A model generated the notes under the pieces. The model did no database searches. It was given only the letters and a program-made list of their open reading frames with translations, and was not told the origin of the DNA. From Atractiella rhizophila (Eukaryota): a stretch of 40,002 nt of DNA. Of the stretch, positions 1 through 11,303 are shown in pieces (positions within the stretch are counted from its first letter, which is position 1; the number at the start of each line of letters is the position of its first letter). The translations under genes and the position numbers were made by a program. The stretch lies in NCBI GenBank assembly GCA_021432655.1, contig MU271607.1, positions 1 through 40,002 of the forward strand, read 5' to 3'.

Positions 1-927
1 GAATCTCGACAGATCACTCAAGTCTATGGATTCTACGACGAATGTCTGAGGAAATACGGAAACGCAAACGTTTGGAAATTCTTCACCGATCTCTTCGATT
101 ATCTGCCCCTCACTGCCCTGATCGATGATCAGGTAGGCGTCCTTTCTCTCCCTAACCTTAATACTTTGCCTCCTTTCAATCCTAACGTCATCATCAGATA
201 TTCTGTCTTCACGGCGGCCTCTCCCCCTCCATAGACACCCTCGACCACATCCGCTCCATCGAACGCATTCAAGAGGTACCTCACGAAGGTCCGATGTGCG
301 ACCTCCTCTGGTCCGACCCCGACGATCGTTGTGGATGGGGTATCTCGCCCCGTGGCGCCGGATACACTTTTGGGCAGGACATCAGTGAAGCCTTCAACCA
401 CAACAATGGATTGACATTGGTGGCGAGGGCACATCAGGTGCGTTTATCCTTTCTCTGGCGACGGAGCGGTGTGGGATGAAGCTCCTTTCGTCCAATACGG
501 AATATTCTTCCAGTATCCCCAAGCAGAGGATGGCTGACTGACAGATTGTTGTTGTGACAGCTCGTGATGGAGGGCTTCAACTGGTCGCACGAAAAGAACG
601 TGGTCACGATCTTCTCCGCCCCCAACTATTGCTACCGATGCGGCAACCAGGCGGCGATCATGGAGCTGGACGAGAAGCTCCAATACACCTTGTCAGTCCC
701 TCCCTCGTTTATTCCCCTCATCCCTATCCTCTCCCCTCTCCCCCTTTACCCGATCTCGGTCTTGGTGACTGATCCCATCTGCGATCGACAGCCTCCAGTT
801 TGACCCTGCACCGAGGACCGGGGAACCGTTGGTCTCGCGGAGAGTACCGGACGTGAGTTCATCCCTTCCTTCTTGTCTCCTTGATGCGATCGGAAATTGA
901 TTGGATTGGGTACAGTATTTCCTCTAA
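1..927 (+). CDS. PPH21: Ser/Thr protein phosphatase 2A catalytic subunit, 5'-truncated by the window edge, multi-exon
   Basis: Spliced translation [26 protein letters not shown]...[19 protein letters not shown]...[26 protein letters not shown]...[11 protein letters not shown]...[21 protein letters not shown]. The last exon 916-927 encodes YFL and TAA, giving the PP2A-type DYFL C-terminus. Confidence 0.95.
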
Positions 928-1652
928 TAGTCGTCCCTAATTTCCCTTCGGCCATCCTCCTTGTCACGCTGTCACCTCATTGAACACATCACTACCTCCC
1001 GATTTCCGATCACAACCCGTCCCCGAAAAGAAAATAAAACGACGAACAAAATCCGTACTGCCGATCGAGCACAAGAAGAAGAAAAAAGAAGGAATAAATT
1101 CACTGTTTGAAGCAGAAGAAGAAGTATTGATTGGTTGGTTGGCATCGAATCTTTCAAGTCTAATCGAGTACAATCTCAAAGAAGAGGAACATTTCAAGTC
1201 TGAGTCTGATGATGTTGGATGTACATGTGCCTCAGTTTCTGTTCCAAGTTCGTCCCTTACTACTACTATATTCTTACCCTGTAGACTCTTTCCTTCTTCC
1301 CTTCCCTTCCTCCCTTTTTTATATTTCCCTCTCTCGACAATTTTGTTGGTGTGCGTACCCTTGGTCAATGAACTGGCTTTTGAACCAGGATGTGAGGCAT
1401 TGGACTATAGATATTCACATTTGCGACATCAGCATGAATCTTAACGATCTCAACAGGTATGGTATTCACTCAAATTCAGATCGGATAGATGGATAGGATA
1501 AATCCCTGGTCAAAAAATGGGGCACGTGCAAAGTACTGATGCCGGAAGCAAACTCTCGAGGAGGGAACTTTCCAGAGTTCGCGTCGTCTGTGTGCAGAAG
1601 AACGACCAACACCTAACCCTCACTCTTCCCATCCGCTACATATCCTTTCTAA

Positions 1653-2179
1653 ATGTCAGCCACTCCCACCGCCCAGCCCGAAGTGCTCTGGGCACAGCGA
1701 TCGAGGCAGGTCATTTTCTGGTCCCTCGTCAAATGAACAACTTTTATTGATGTTCGATGTGGTGGCTCGCAGCGATGTGGACGCTAACAGGAACGTCATC
1801 TGGCTCACCATCTCCGTACCTGACCTGGATCCGAGTTCTGTCAAGGTGGAATGGACGAATCCTTCCCATCTCAGGTTCGAAGGCACTTCGAACCCTCCTC
1901 ACATGCAGAAAGGGTCGACAGCTTCTCAGGTCGAGAAGAAACACTTTGTGTTCGATTACGACCTCTTTGGAGAGGTGGAGGAGGTGACAGAAAAGAGGAG
2001 GCTGACAAATAAGAGCTTGATTTTGACAGTCAAGAAGAAGAAGCTGACGGAGGAGTATTGGCCAAGGTTGATCAAGGAGAAGAAGAAGGATGACGATGCC
2101 GATCTTCCCCCTCTAGAAGTTCGTCCTTATTCCTCCTCTCCCTCCCCTTGTCCGCTTACTTCTATTTTCGCAACAGTGA
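1653..2179 (+). CDS. SBA1: p23/Sba1/Wos2-like Hsp90 co-chaperone (CS domain), apparently internally shortened
   Basis: Exon 1 (1653-1705) MSATPTAQPEVLWAQRS carries the p23 PEVLWAQR motif. A GC-AG intron (1706-1772) follows. Exon 2 reads ...IWLTISVPD...YWPRLIKEKKKDDDADLPPLE. A probable intron 2119-2176 precedes TGA at 2177-2179. Confidence 0.8.
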
Positions 2180-2954
2180 CACCTTACATGATCGAGGACT
2201 TGCTTGGATCGAACGCTCTTGAAACTCGCCTTACACCGTCTGTTGTGTAGCTATCGACAAGAAATAGCGAAAATAAAATGTCCCATTTATTGTTACATCA
2301 GCTCACATCCTTCGGGTCGCATGCTCGGATTCATCTCTCCATCGGGAGCCTGATCAAAAGTAGCTGAATTACGCAACCGTCCATTCAAACAGTCTCAATA
2401 TCCGACGTCTATGTGTTTGAAAGAGAGCGATAAATATACGCAGGATAAGATGTTGTCACAGGCACTGAATAAATGAAGCGGTACAGGATGTCGATGATGA
2501 GCCTGAGACGGGAGCTACAAAGGAAGTAAAGCAAGAACAGCAAAAAACGGCCGTGTGTTTCAACTTCTCGAGATTGTCCAATTCCACGAGAATGAGGCGG
2601 AAGATTAGGGAGCAAAGATGGGACACGAGTGTTTGCCGATATCATCTCTCTGGAAACGATGATATGGACGATGTTGAAGGGTCGCTGATGGGGTGCGAAG
2701 GGCAGGGAAGATATGAAGGAGCGTAGACGGTGAGAAAGAAATGTGTGATTTAAAGGTGGCGACGGCCGCACTTGGAAAAAGGAGAGTGTTAGTTAAAGAG
2801 AGGATGAGCGCTGACGAGCTGTGGTCCATGGTGCGAGAAACATCTAAAACGGAAAGGGAACGAAGAATAGAGTCCCTTCGCACGTAGTCAGTATTTCATT
2901 TCGACGGGCTGAGAGAATAAGAATGGCGCACAGGGATTCCTACAAGGAATGAGT

Positions 2955-4061
2955 TTAGGACATCGGGGGATAGTCTTCGTCTTCCTTCGGCAGCCTCCGC
3001 TGAACCACAACAAATAATTTCAGCCAGACTGGAAAAGCGTGACGGCAGAAAGGAAGGCGAACTTTGCCTAGCCCGACTCCGACACTTATTGTATCCAGAG
3101 CAAGCGTGGCATTCACTGTGATACCCAGGAGGTTCACATCCTGTATAATCATTAGAAGGAGGCGATGAGAGAACACAAGATACTTACTACGCTACTGTAG
3201 ACCATAATCACAGACGTGGTGAGTAAAAGATTGGGGTCAGTTCATCATGATGCGACTTACATGCTGCTGATAACGACGTCAGCAAACACACATGATCGAT
3301 GGAACGAGAGGACACTCACTCGCTGTCGGCGGAAAAATGGTCCAATTCAGCAATAACTCAGCACATGAGCGGGCAAACTCACCTACTGTAAGAGCAACAG
3401 TGGTCAGCCCAGAAATCAACAAAAGAAAGTTTGTGGAAGAAGAACTTACTCTCTATTCAATAGAATCATGACAAGCGGGTCGCGGTGACCTTGATAAGCA
3501 GGCTTTTGGCACTAGAAAGTATAAACTTACGCGCTGCGATGGAATGTCGCCGTCAGCACTATCCTACGTAACGGAGAGGGAGGGGAGGCTCACCAGCTGC
3601 GACGAAGAATAATCATCGAGCACAGTCAATGTTCTGATTGCAATGATGAAACAATGCTTACCCGCTGATACAGACGTCAGCAAAGATGCAAAAATAGAGA
3701 AACACACGTACCTTCTGTAATTCGCAATTCGAGGAATCACAAGCAGTGAGATTAGTTGATTATTTAGAGCGTTGCACTTACTCCCTATCGCGGAATCAGA
3801 CTTCAATTCTGTCAATCGAGGGACGGAGACCTACCAACTGGGCCCACCAGAACAAGGACGCTCCGTCAGAGGTAAGAAATAATGGCGTGAACAAGAGCGC
3901 ACCATCGAGCCTTTATCCTCCTGCCGCCAATGTGTCAATGATTTACTCAGGTCGAAACACAAGTTAACTTACGCTGCTGGGCTAGATTCGGGGGAGGCAG
4001 CCAAGGCAAGCTGAGTGGTCCACAGTCCCAAAGCGAGAGAGATGAGGGCAGCAGGGCGCAT
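2955..4061 (-). CDS. Micro-exon gene encoding an 88-aa small secreted prepro-peptide (15 exons, ten of them 3 nt)
   Basis: Exons on the minus strand: 4061-3973, 3920-3903, 3837-3835, 3784-3782, 3714-3712, 3664-3662, 3596-3594, 3533-3531, 3452-3450, 3385-3383, 3322-3320, 3263-3261, 3194-3188, 3140-3063, 2999-2955. All 14 introns are GT..AG, 47-78 nt, with branch-like YTRAY/YTGAC motifs. The joined 267 nt is stop-free: MRPAALISLALGLWTTQLALAASPESSPAARIKARCWESGCADSDISVDVNLLGITVNATLALDTISVGVGLGKRRLPKEDEDYPPMS*. Confidence 0.85.
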
Positions 4062-4287
4062 TGTGGATTTTTCGAAAGTGATGATGTACAAAAACAAAGT
4101 GAAAGAGGCCGAAATGAAGGAGGGGAAGGGCCAGGAGCGAGCAGATCGAAAAGATAACGTCGAAGGCAGGCTGCGAGGGCGGGAAAAAGTGAGGGTGCCA
4201 GGCGGCGGGGATATTATACCACTTTTTGGACCGCTGTTCGCGAATTCGACCGCCTTGTAATTAGAAGTTTTGGCGCCGTCCGTTTAC

Positions 4288-4788
4288 ATGAAATTGTTGC
4301 GTGCCGTTCCCCGTCCTTTCTTTGGAACGTTGAGAGCTTTCTTACTCGACAAAGGCAGAAGATGGAAGTATTCTCAGTGCTCGTTGCATTCAAGAAAGAG
4401 GATTATCCACCGTGAAGAACCACTTAGAAGATGTAACTTGAGCAGAGGCAGTGGTCAAAAAATCGTCAAGGTGATGGCAGGACAACAGTTGCTGAAGCGA
4501 GAATTTAGCGAACTCCGGACTTGGAATGGTGGAACGCCACAAGAAACTACGCCCGAAGTATTTCTGTCCTTACAACCGAGCAGGAAGGTCCTCCATTCAA
4601 TCTCAGCCAATCACGCTGCCCGAGTTGATCGAAACCCGAAGAGGTTCGCAAACAGCAGCTTTGAGGTTCGTCTCTTGAGTGCTGAAAAGGAATACATGCT
4701 GTCTTCCCCGGCGTTCACTAAGCGAGCAGAAGTATTCGGAGGTGTGATGGACCATGTGCTAAAATCCGCAAATTTGGGACTATTCTGA
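4288..4788 (+). CDS. Hypothetical protein (start uncertain)
   Basis: Open frame of about 170 codons with a protein-like C-terminal half, divergent from the micro-exon gene. No family recognised. Confidence 0.3.
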   Translation: MKLLRAVPRPFFGTLRAFLLDKGRRWKYSQCSLHSRKRIIHREEPLRRCNLSRGSGQKIVKVMAGQQLLKREFSELRTWNGGTPQETTPEVFLSLQPSRKVLHSISANHAARVDRNPKRFANSSFEVRLLSAEKEYMLSSPAFTKRAEVFGGVMDHVLKSANLGLF

Positions 4789-5049
4789 ACCAATCGGGTT
4801 ATTTGAAAATCATTCATTAACAAACCTTACTTTGCTTGTCCAAGGCACGTCATGTGATTCTAGGAAGCTCTGCACTTTTTGAGTGATCGCGGAGTTGGAG
4901 TTGATCGAGACTTTGGGATTGGGATCCAGTATCGAGAGAGCAGGAAAAGAGAGCTACGAACCGCAGTAAATGTTTCATTATCAGCATTTCTTCCATGCGT
5001 TAACCTGAGTTGACGAGCAGGATAAGGCACAAACATCTGTGAAATCATC

Positions 5050-5946
5050 ATGTCGCTTTTACGTCCATTTGTCGCTACGGACCTCTTCAAGTTCAACAAC
5101 GTCTGCACCTCTTTTCTCACCCCCTTCTGCTCACATCACGCTCATCGAATTTCCGGTGCAGATCAACCTGGACTCATGGACAGAGACTGTGGGTCTTTCC
5201 ATCCAGCCCTGCTGACAAAAATCGAAGTGTTCCCAATACCATCGTGCATACAGTTCAGCACGTTTTACTACATGAACTACCTTTGTAGCTGGCCAGACCT
5301 TTTCAGCGTCCAAGAATCGCCAGATGGAACCTTGATGGGCTACGGTCCGTCCCCCTCCTTGTCGTCTTCTCCTACGAATGCTTAGGAGCGATCTAGTGAT
5401 GGGGAAAACCGAAGGTGTACAAACAGACTGGCAGTACGTCCACCCCCTTCTTTCTGCACTATCTCCTTCCGTCATCAAAGAACACTGAGCTCACGCGGGC
5501 GAGTTAGTGCTCACGTGTCTGCGATCACTGTAGCGCCATCGTATCGACGCCTGGGACTCGCCTCCAAAATGATGGGCCTCTTGGAGCGGGTTGGGAACAA
5601 CCAACAAGTAGGTTCCCTTCATTCGTACATCGATCGAAGGATGCACTTTGATTTTTTATAGGCCTGGTTCGTTGATCTATTCGTCCGACCATCAAACGAG
5701 ACCGCTGTGGACATGTATGAGAGCATCGGATATTCGGTTTATCGGAAGGTGAGAGGTTATTATGGAGGTGGAGTGAAGGAAGGAGAGGAGGACGCTTATG
5801 GTGTGTACCCACTCTCTTTAAATTCAGTCATTTCATTCTGCCGGAACCCAGATATGCGAAAAGCCTTACTTAAAGATGTCCACCGAATATCAGTGAGAGA
5901 AAACGGGAGGTCATACAGCGTCGATCCGAATGAAATATATTGGTAG
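5050..5946 (+). CDS. NAT3: N-terminal acetyltransferase B catalytic subunit (NAA20/Nat3), 7 exons
   Basis: Spliced MSLLRPFVATDLFKFNNINLDSWTET..YYMNYLCSWPD..MGYVMGKTEG..WHAHVSAITVAPSYRRLGLA..FVDLFVRPSNETAVDMYESIGYSVYRKVRGYY..EDAYDMRKAL. Confidence 0.93.
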
Positions 5947-6057
5947 TTTATGCAAAGAAGGCAAAAAAGTGTGTTATGTTTTACACTTGATCTCTATAGC
6001 AGAACTACATTGGTTGCATTTCGGTACAGGAGCAAGTTATATGATTCTATTGTAAGA

Positions 6058-8046
6058 TCAATCGTTTCTGTCGACCAGAACCGGGGTTGAGACGGGCGGG
6101 ATATCGAATTTCAGGGTTCTGTTCATCTTCTTTCTCGGCACAGGAGCTGAGGAACAATGCATGAGATTGAGACGAAGTAAAAACGACGAGCGTACCGTTG
6201 ACATTCTCGGTAATATAAAACCGACGCAAGAGCATGATCGCCTCCTCTCTCTTATAGCCACCAAGAGCCACATAAGGTGGAGAGTGTATCAGGCGTGGGC
6301 TTCACAACATCGATTGGTAAGCAAATTCATTCAAGAAACCGAGGAGTCTCACTCATCATGCACATTCTGTACGCCACCGCAACCACCAAACCGCTCATTC
6401 GCGCAACCATAAATCACCATCCCAATGCCGACTTGTCTCAACGCAGAAGCGCACATGAGACAAGGTTCGACCGTGACGTAGAGAGTCAGGTCGCTGAGAG
6501 GGACCTGATGTTCGTGAGGAGAGACGGCGGGATGTGCGTCGGACGGAGTGAAGTAGGTCGATCGATGAGGGAGGAGGAGGGAGAGTGCATCGAATTCAGC
6601 GTGCAAGGTGGCCTGTTGGTGCCATTAACTGCTACTTCTTAGTTCAGTTTGGTACTGTAAACAATTTGCAAGAGAATAAATCTGCTTCCCCAGCTGCAAG
6701 AAATTGTGTCGCATTGGGGAGTACAACCTTTGTGTCATCAAGAAGACCAATGTTGACCCTCTCCTATCGTGTCTGCCAGAGACAAGTTTGAGACCTTTCA
6801 GTGAAGCGACAGAATAGCCTTGAAAGACAATCGGTCGAACACCGGTCCATCTTCAATCAGAACGATCCATTGTACTCTATCAACGGTGAAAAGAACAGAA
6901 GCACCAATTAGAAAGTCCACCACAGTGGTAACATCTAACATCGGCTTCTTCTCTGAGCTCCACTCGCGTCAATAAATGTCGTCTCAGTTTATCATCAATC
7001 AAGCCAAGAGTCTTCTTCCCAAGAGGTAGAACAATTACCTGGCCACCGTTTACAGTCATACTTGAAGGTTTCTATCTTCATTCGTCAGATGATTAGAACA
7101 AAAATCACCGTCTTCTCTATATCTTCACAGTGGAAAAGGGGAGAGTGCGTTGACCCGAAAAGACAGATCACTGTGGCATCTAAATGTGTCTAGATGGTTG
7201 TATGAGACGATCCCACATAGGACTTAACCAGCTGGGAGATGCTCATAAGAGCTCTTTTAAGGTTTTTTGAACCTGTTTTGACTTGACTCGTAAATATCAT
7301 CATCTTCCTCCCCCCCATCCATAGGTGAGTGATAGGATTTTGAAACACATCGTGATGTGAAGCCATTAATCTAGTATTCAGAGAGAAAAGGACATTTCCT
7401 GAAAATAAGTTGGTTCACTATCTACTGCTTCAGAGTTGGATGAAATCATGCATGCCTCTAGCGATTGACAAAAACACATAGCATAAGATCTCTTTCAGTG
7501 GTCTTTAGGAGAAGAACGACAATTTACGTTGCCTTTAAAATGGAGCAACAAAGTAGGGCGTAGTGGTGAGCTATATGCTTACCTTGCTATCATTATGTAG
7601 AAGTCTTTCATTGAAGTATGCTTTCGTTGGATATCATGATGTAGCACTTCATTCGATGAAGGGGAAGAAACATTAAACAAATTGCGAGCGGGACGAGACA
7701 ATATGTGGCATCTCTCAAGTGAAACGATCCATTGCATTCTCCTTGTCATTCCAAATGATTTTGATCCAGTATGCCAAAGCAGTCCACAAGCAATAAGCAG
7801 AAATAAACGACATACATTTCGACTCTGATTCGTCCTATTCCTCCCCTTAGCAACTACCTCCCATCCCTGATCCCCGTCTCCATCACCATCTCCTATCTCG
7901 AGTCCTTTTCCCCTTCCCCTGACGAGCACACAACCAACCGGTATTTCACCCGCGCGCAACGCCTCCTCCGCCATCTCGAATGCGAGGTCCATGCACCGTA
8001 GGTCTTCCTTGCTCTGCTGAGAGGGCGGGACGAGGGTAGGTGCCAT
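6058..8046 (-). CDS. TAD2: tRNA-specific adenosine-34 deaminase catalytic subunit (Tad2/ADAT2)
   Basis: AEEALRAGEIPVGCVLV..GRNRTNQSRN|ATLHAEFDAL..LYVTVEPCLMCASALRQVGI..YGCANERFGGCG..EEAIMLLRRFYITENVNAPVP. HAE and PCxxC zinc motifs are present. The first intron (6613-7815) is 1203 nt. Confidence 0.92.
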
Positions 8047-8209
8047 ATTTATACAAAAGTGTGATTTGTGATTTGCGTCCTCGTCGATTGGTTGGCAAAA
8101 TCTGAGCTCACTTTGACCACCAACTTCACTTGCCACTGACACAAGTTGTGTCTACGCCAGGCAGCGCGTATCCCACCCATATCACTGTAGTATTTGAGGC
8201 GCAAAGAAG

Positions 8210-9383
<1,174 letters not shown>

Positions 9384-9646
9384 GCTTAGCAATCGATTGG
9401 AGCGTTGGAAGGGTGATGGAGAGGGAGAAGGGAGAGGATGTAAAAAGTTCTTTATATCCCTCCTTAGAGAGAAATCAGGGAGGAATGCATAATCTTTTTC
9501 CACTTGTCCATCTTTCTCGTTCCACTTTTTGACGAAAGATACATGCAAACGACGAATTCCTTGCAACGAACGTGAATAACATATGCACAGCCGACCCAAT
9601 CCTCCCCCCATCCTCCAAGTTTGTATGATAAGGAAAGACGAGACTC

Positions 9647-11143
9647 TCAAAATCCGTTCGTCCCGCCCCAACCCGGCGTCCTCCCCCCCACATTAGCATA
9701 GGGAGTCGACGCGCCCGCTCCGGCACCCGCACCAAAAAGGAGTAGCAGGATGAGCCTGGCCGGGTACGACGAGGGGGTCTGAGCGCTGAGGCCGATGAGT
9801 CCGGTGCCAGGAGCGATGGTGAGCGCGGCATTTGGGTCGTCGGGGTTATCGAGGGAGTGTCGGATGTGTCCTATCTTGCTGATCAGCTGCTCGATGCCTT
9901 TGTACACCACCTCTTCGGGCTTCATGGACCCCACCACTTCGACGTCGAAGTAGAAGCGGGACGGACGGAGGGTGTGGTCGTAGCCGGGGACGAGGAAACG
10001 TTGTGGGTCGTTGGGGTCGATGGAGTGCGGTGGCGGTTCGCGTTCGTACTATTTGCAACATTATGTTCATCTCGAGAGTGTCGATGAGAGACGCACCCGT
10101 CGATTTCCCTTGTCCCTATCCGCATGCTCCAAGAACCACTCCCTCCGAGGATCCGTCCCGACTTCATACCACAGATCTGTGTGTTGCATCTTGTTCCAAG
10201 GATCGTATTCGAACCCGACAGCCGAGACTGGTGACCATTTCGCGTGTTCTAGTGCCAGACCTTTGACCGCGTAGCAGTCAATGTGGATCTCTTGATTTCG
10301 ACGGAGCTTGAGGAGGGTGATGCCATTGCCAGTCGTTTTGTCATCTGTTCTCCCATCGTCGTTTCATGAGATGGCCTGGTGAGTGAGGAGAGGAAAGAAG
10401 AAGAGCTCACACCAAGGAGTTGCTGCATCCCCCACCTTCTCCGTCACCCGCACTAAGTCCTTCGTCGTCACCTCCCTCGTCTCGTCATACTCCTGAGACA
10501 CTTTCACGCGCAAAGTATATTTGATGGAACAAAGGTCGCAAAACTCTTCACACTCGCAGTCCTGTCCATCAATCCAATCGCTATGTCAGCCATTGCTTCG
10601 TCGCGAACCTGCTAGAAACGAAGGCAACATTTTAAGGGAGAGGGACCAACCCGATGGTAGTTCACTGGGAGCGCGTTCTCTGTTATTAGGAGGGGAACCA
10701 TACCCAGTCGATGAGCTATCATTTCATCGGGGAGGACGGATGAGTTGGCGTGGATGATGACTTGCTCGATCGCTTGATGGCACATAAAGATAATCCCACA
10801 AATATTGGCTCATCTCCATAGGGAAGGGGAGAAGAACACACCGATCGTTGGGATACATCCTATCATGGAGCGCCGTAACGAATTGGCGAGCCTTTTCTCC
10901 CATTCATTCTCTCAACAACAACTTCACGTGTAGACAACTCTGAACGAAAGAAGAGAAGGAAGAGAAACACACCCCAGTTCTACACCGTCAAGGATAAAAG
11001 CTACATGCTCATCGTTATAATCCGTGACTTGTACCTGTCCTCCCAGTTCCCCTCAACTCTACGCTCCACATGCAAATTACAAGGCACACTTTTAATTCTG
11101 ACCCGTTTGTGGTCCGTGGAGGATCGAGGGAGAGGGCTGACAT
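9647..11143 (-). CDS. RPB3: RNA polymerase II subunit 3, multi-exon
   Basis: [83 protein letters not shown]..|[65 protein letters not shown]. Confidence 0.93.
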
Positions 11144-11303
11144 TCTACAATGGTTACTTTGTCGATTTCGTTGTTCTGGTTTTTGGCCACAAATCGTGGT
11201 GGTGCGTATTTGGCCAGCATTTCGCTTCGGGTCCGCCGCAAACGACGACCTCGCCTTCTGTCTGTTTAAGCTGGGCCGATAAGCATAGATCGCCAGTGAA
11301 GAT

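Noticed and set aside
980..1496. ORFs downstream of PP2A
   Set aside because: Low-complexity purine/pyrimidine tracts of a 3' UTR or intergenic region with no recognisable protein.
2280..2950. Short minus-strand ORFs downstream of the micro-exon gene
   Set aside because: No convincing start, splice pattern or family motif. Likely UTR or intergenic.
3564..3967. Track ORFs 3564-3815 (-) and 3746-3967 (+)
   Set aside because: They run through introns of the micro-exon gene and have no coding character.
7445..7525. Duplicate ATRHA exon (mutually exclusive exon) inside the TAD2 intron
   Set aside because: Joining GCAAC to AGGCATGCA at the visible splice sites is one base out of frame and runs into a stop. 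Probably coincidence; kept only as a possible poison exon.
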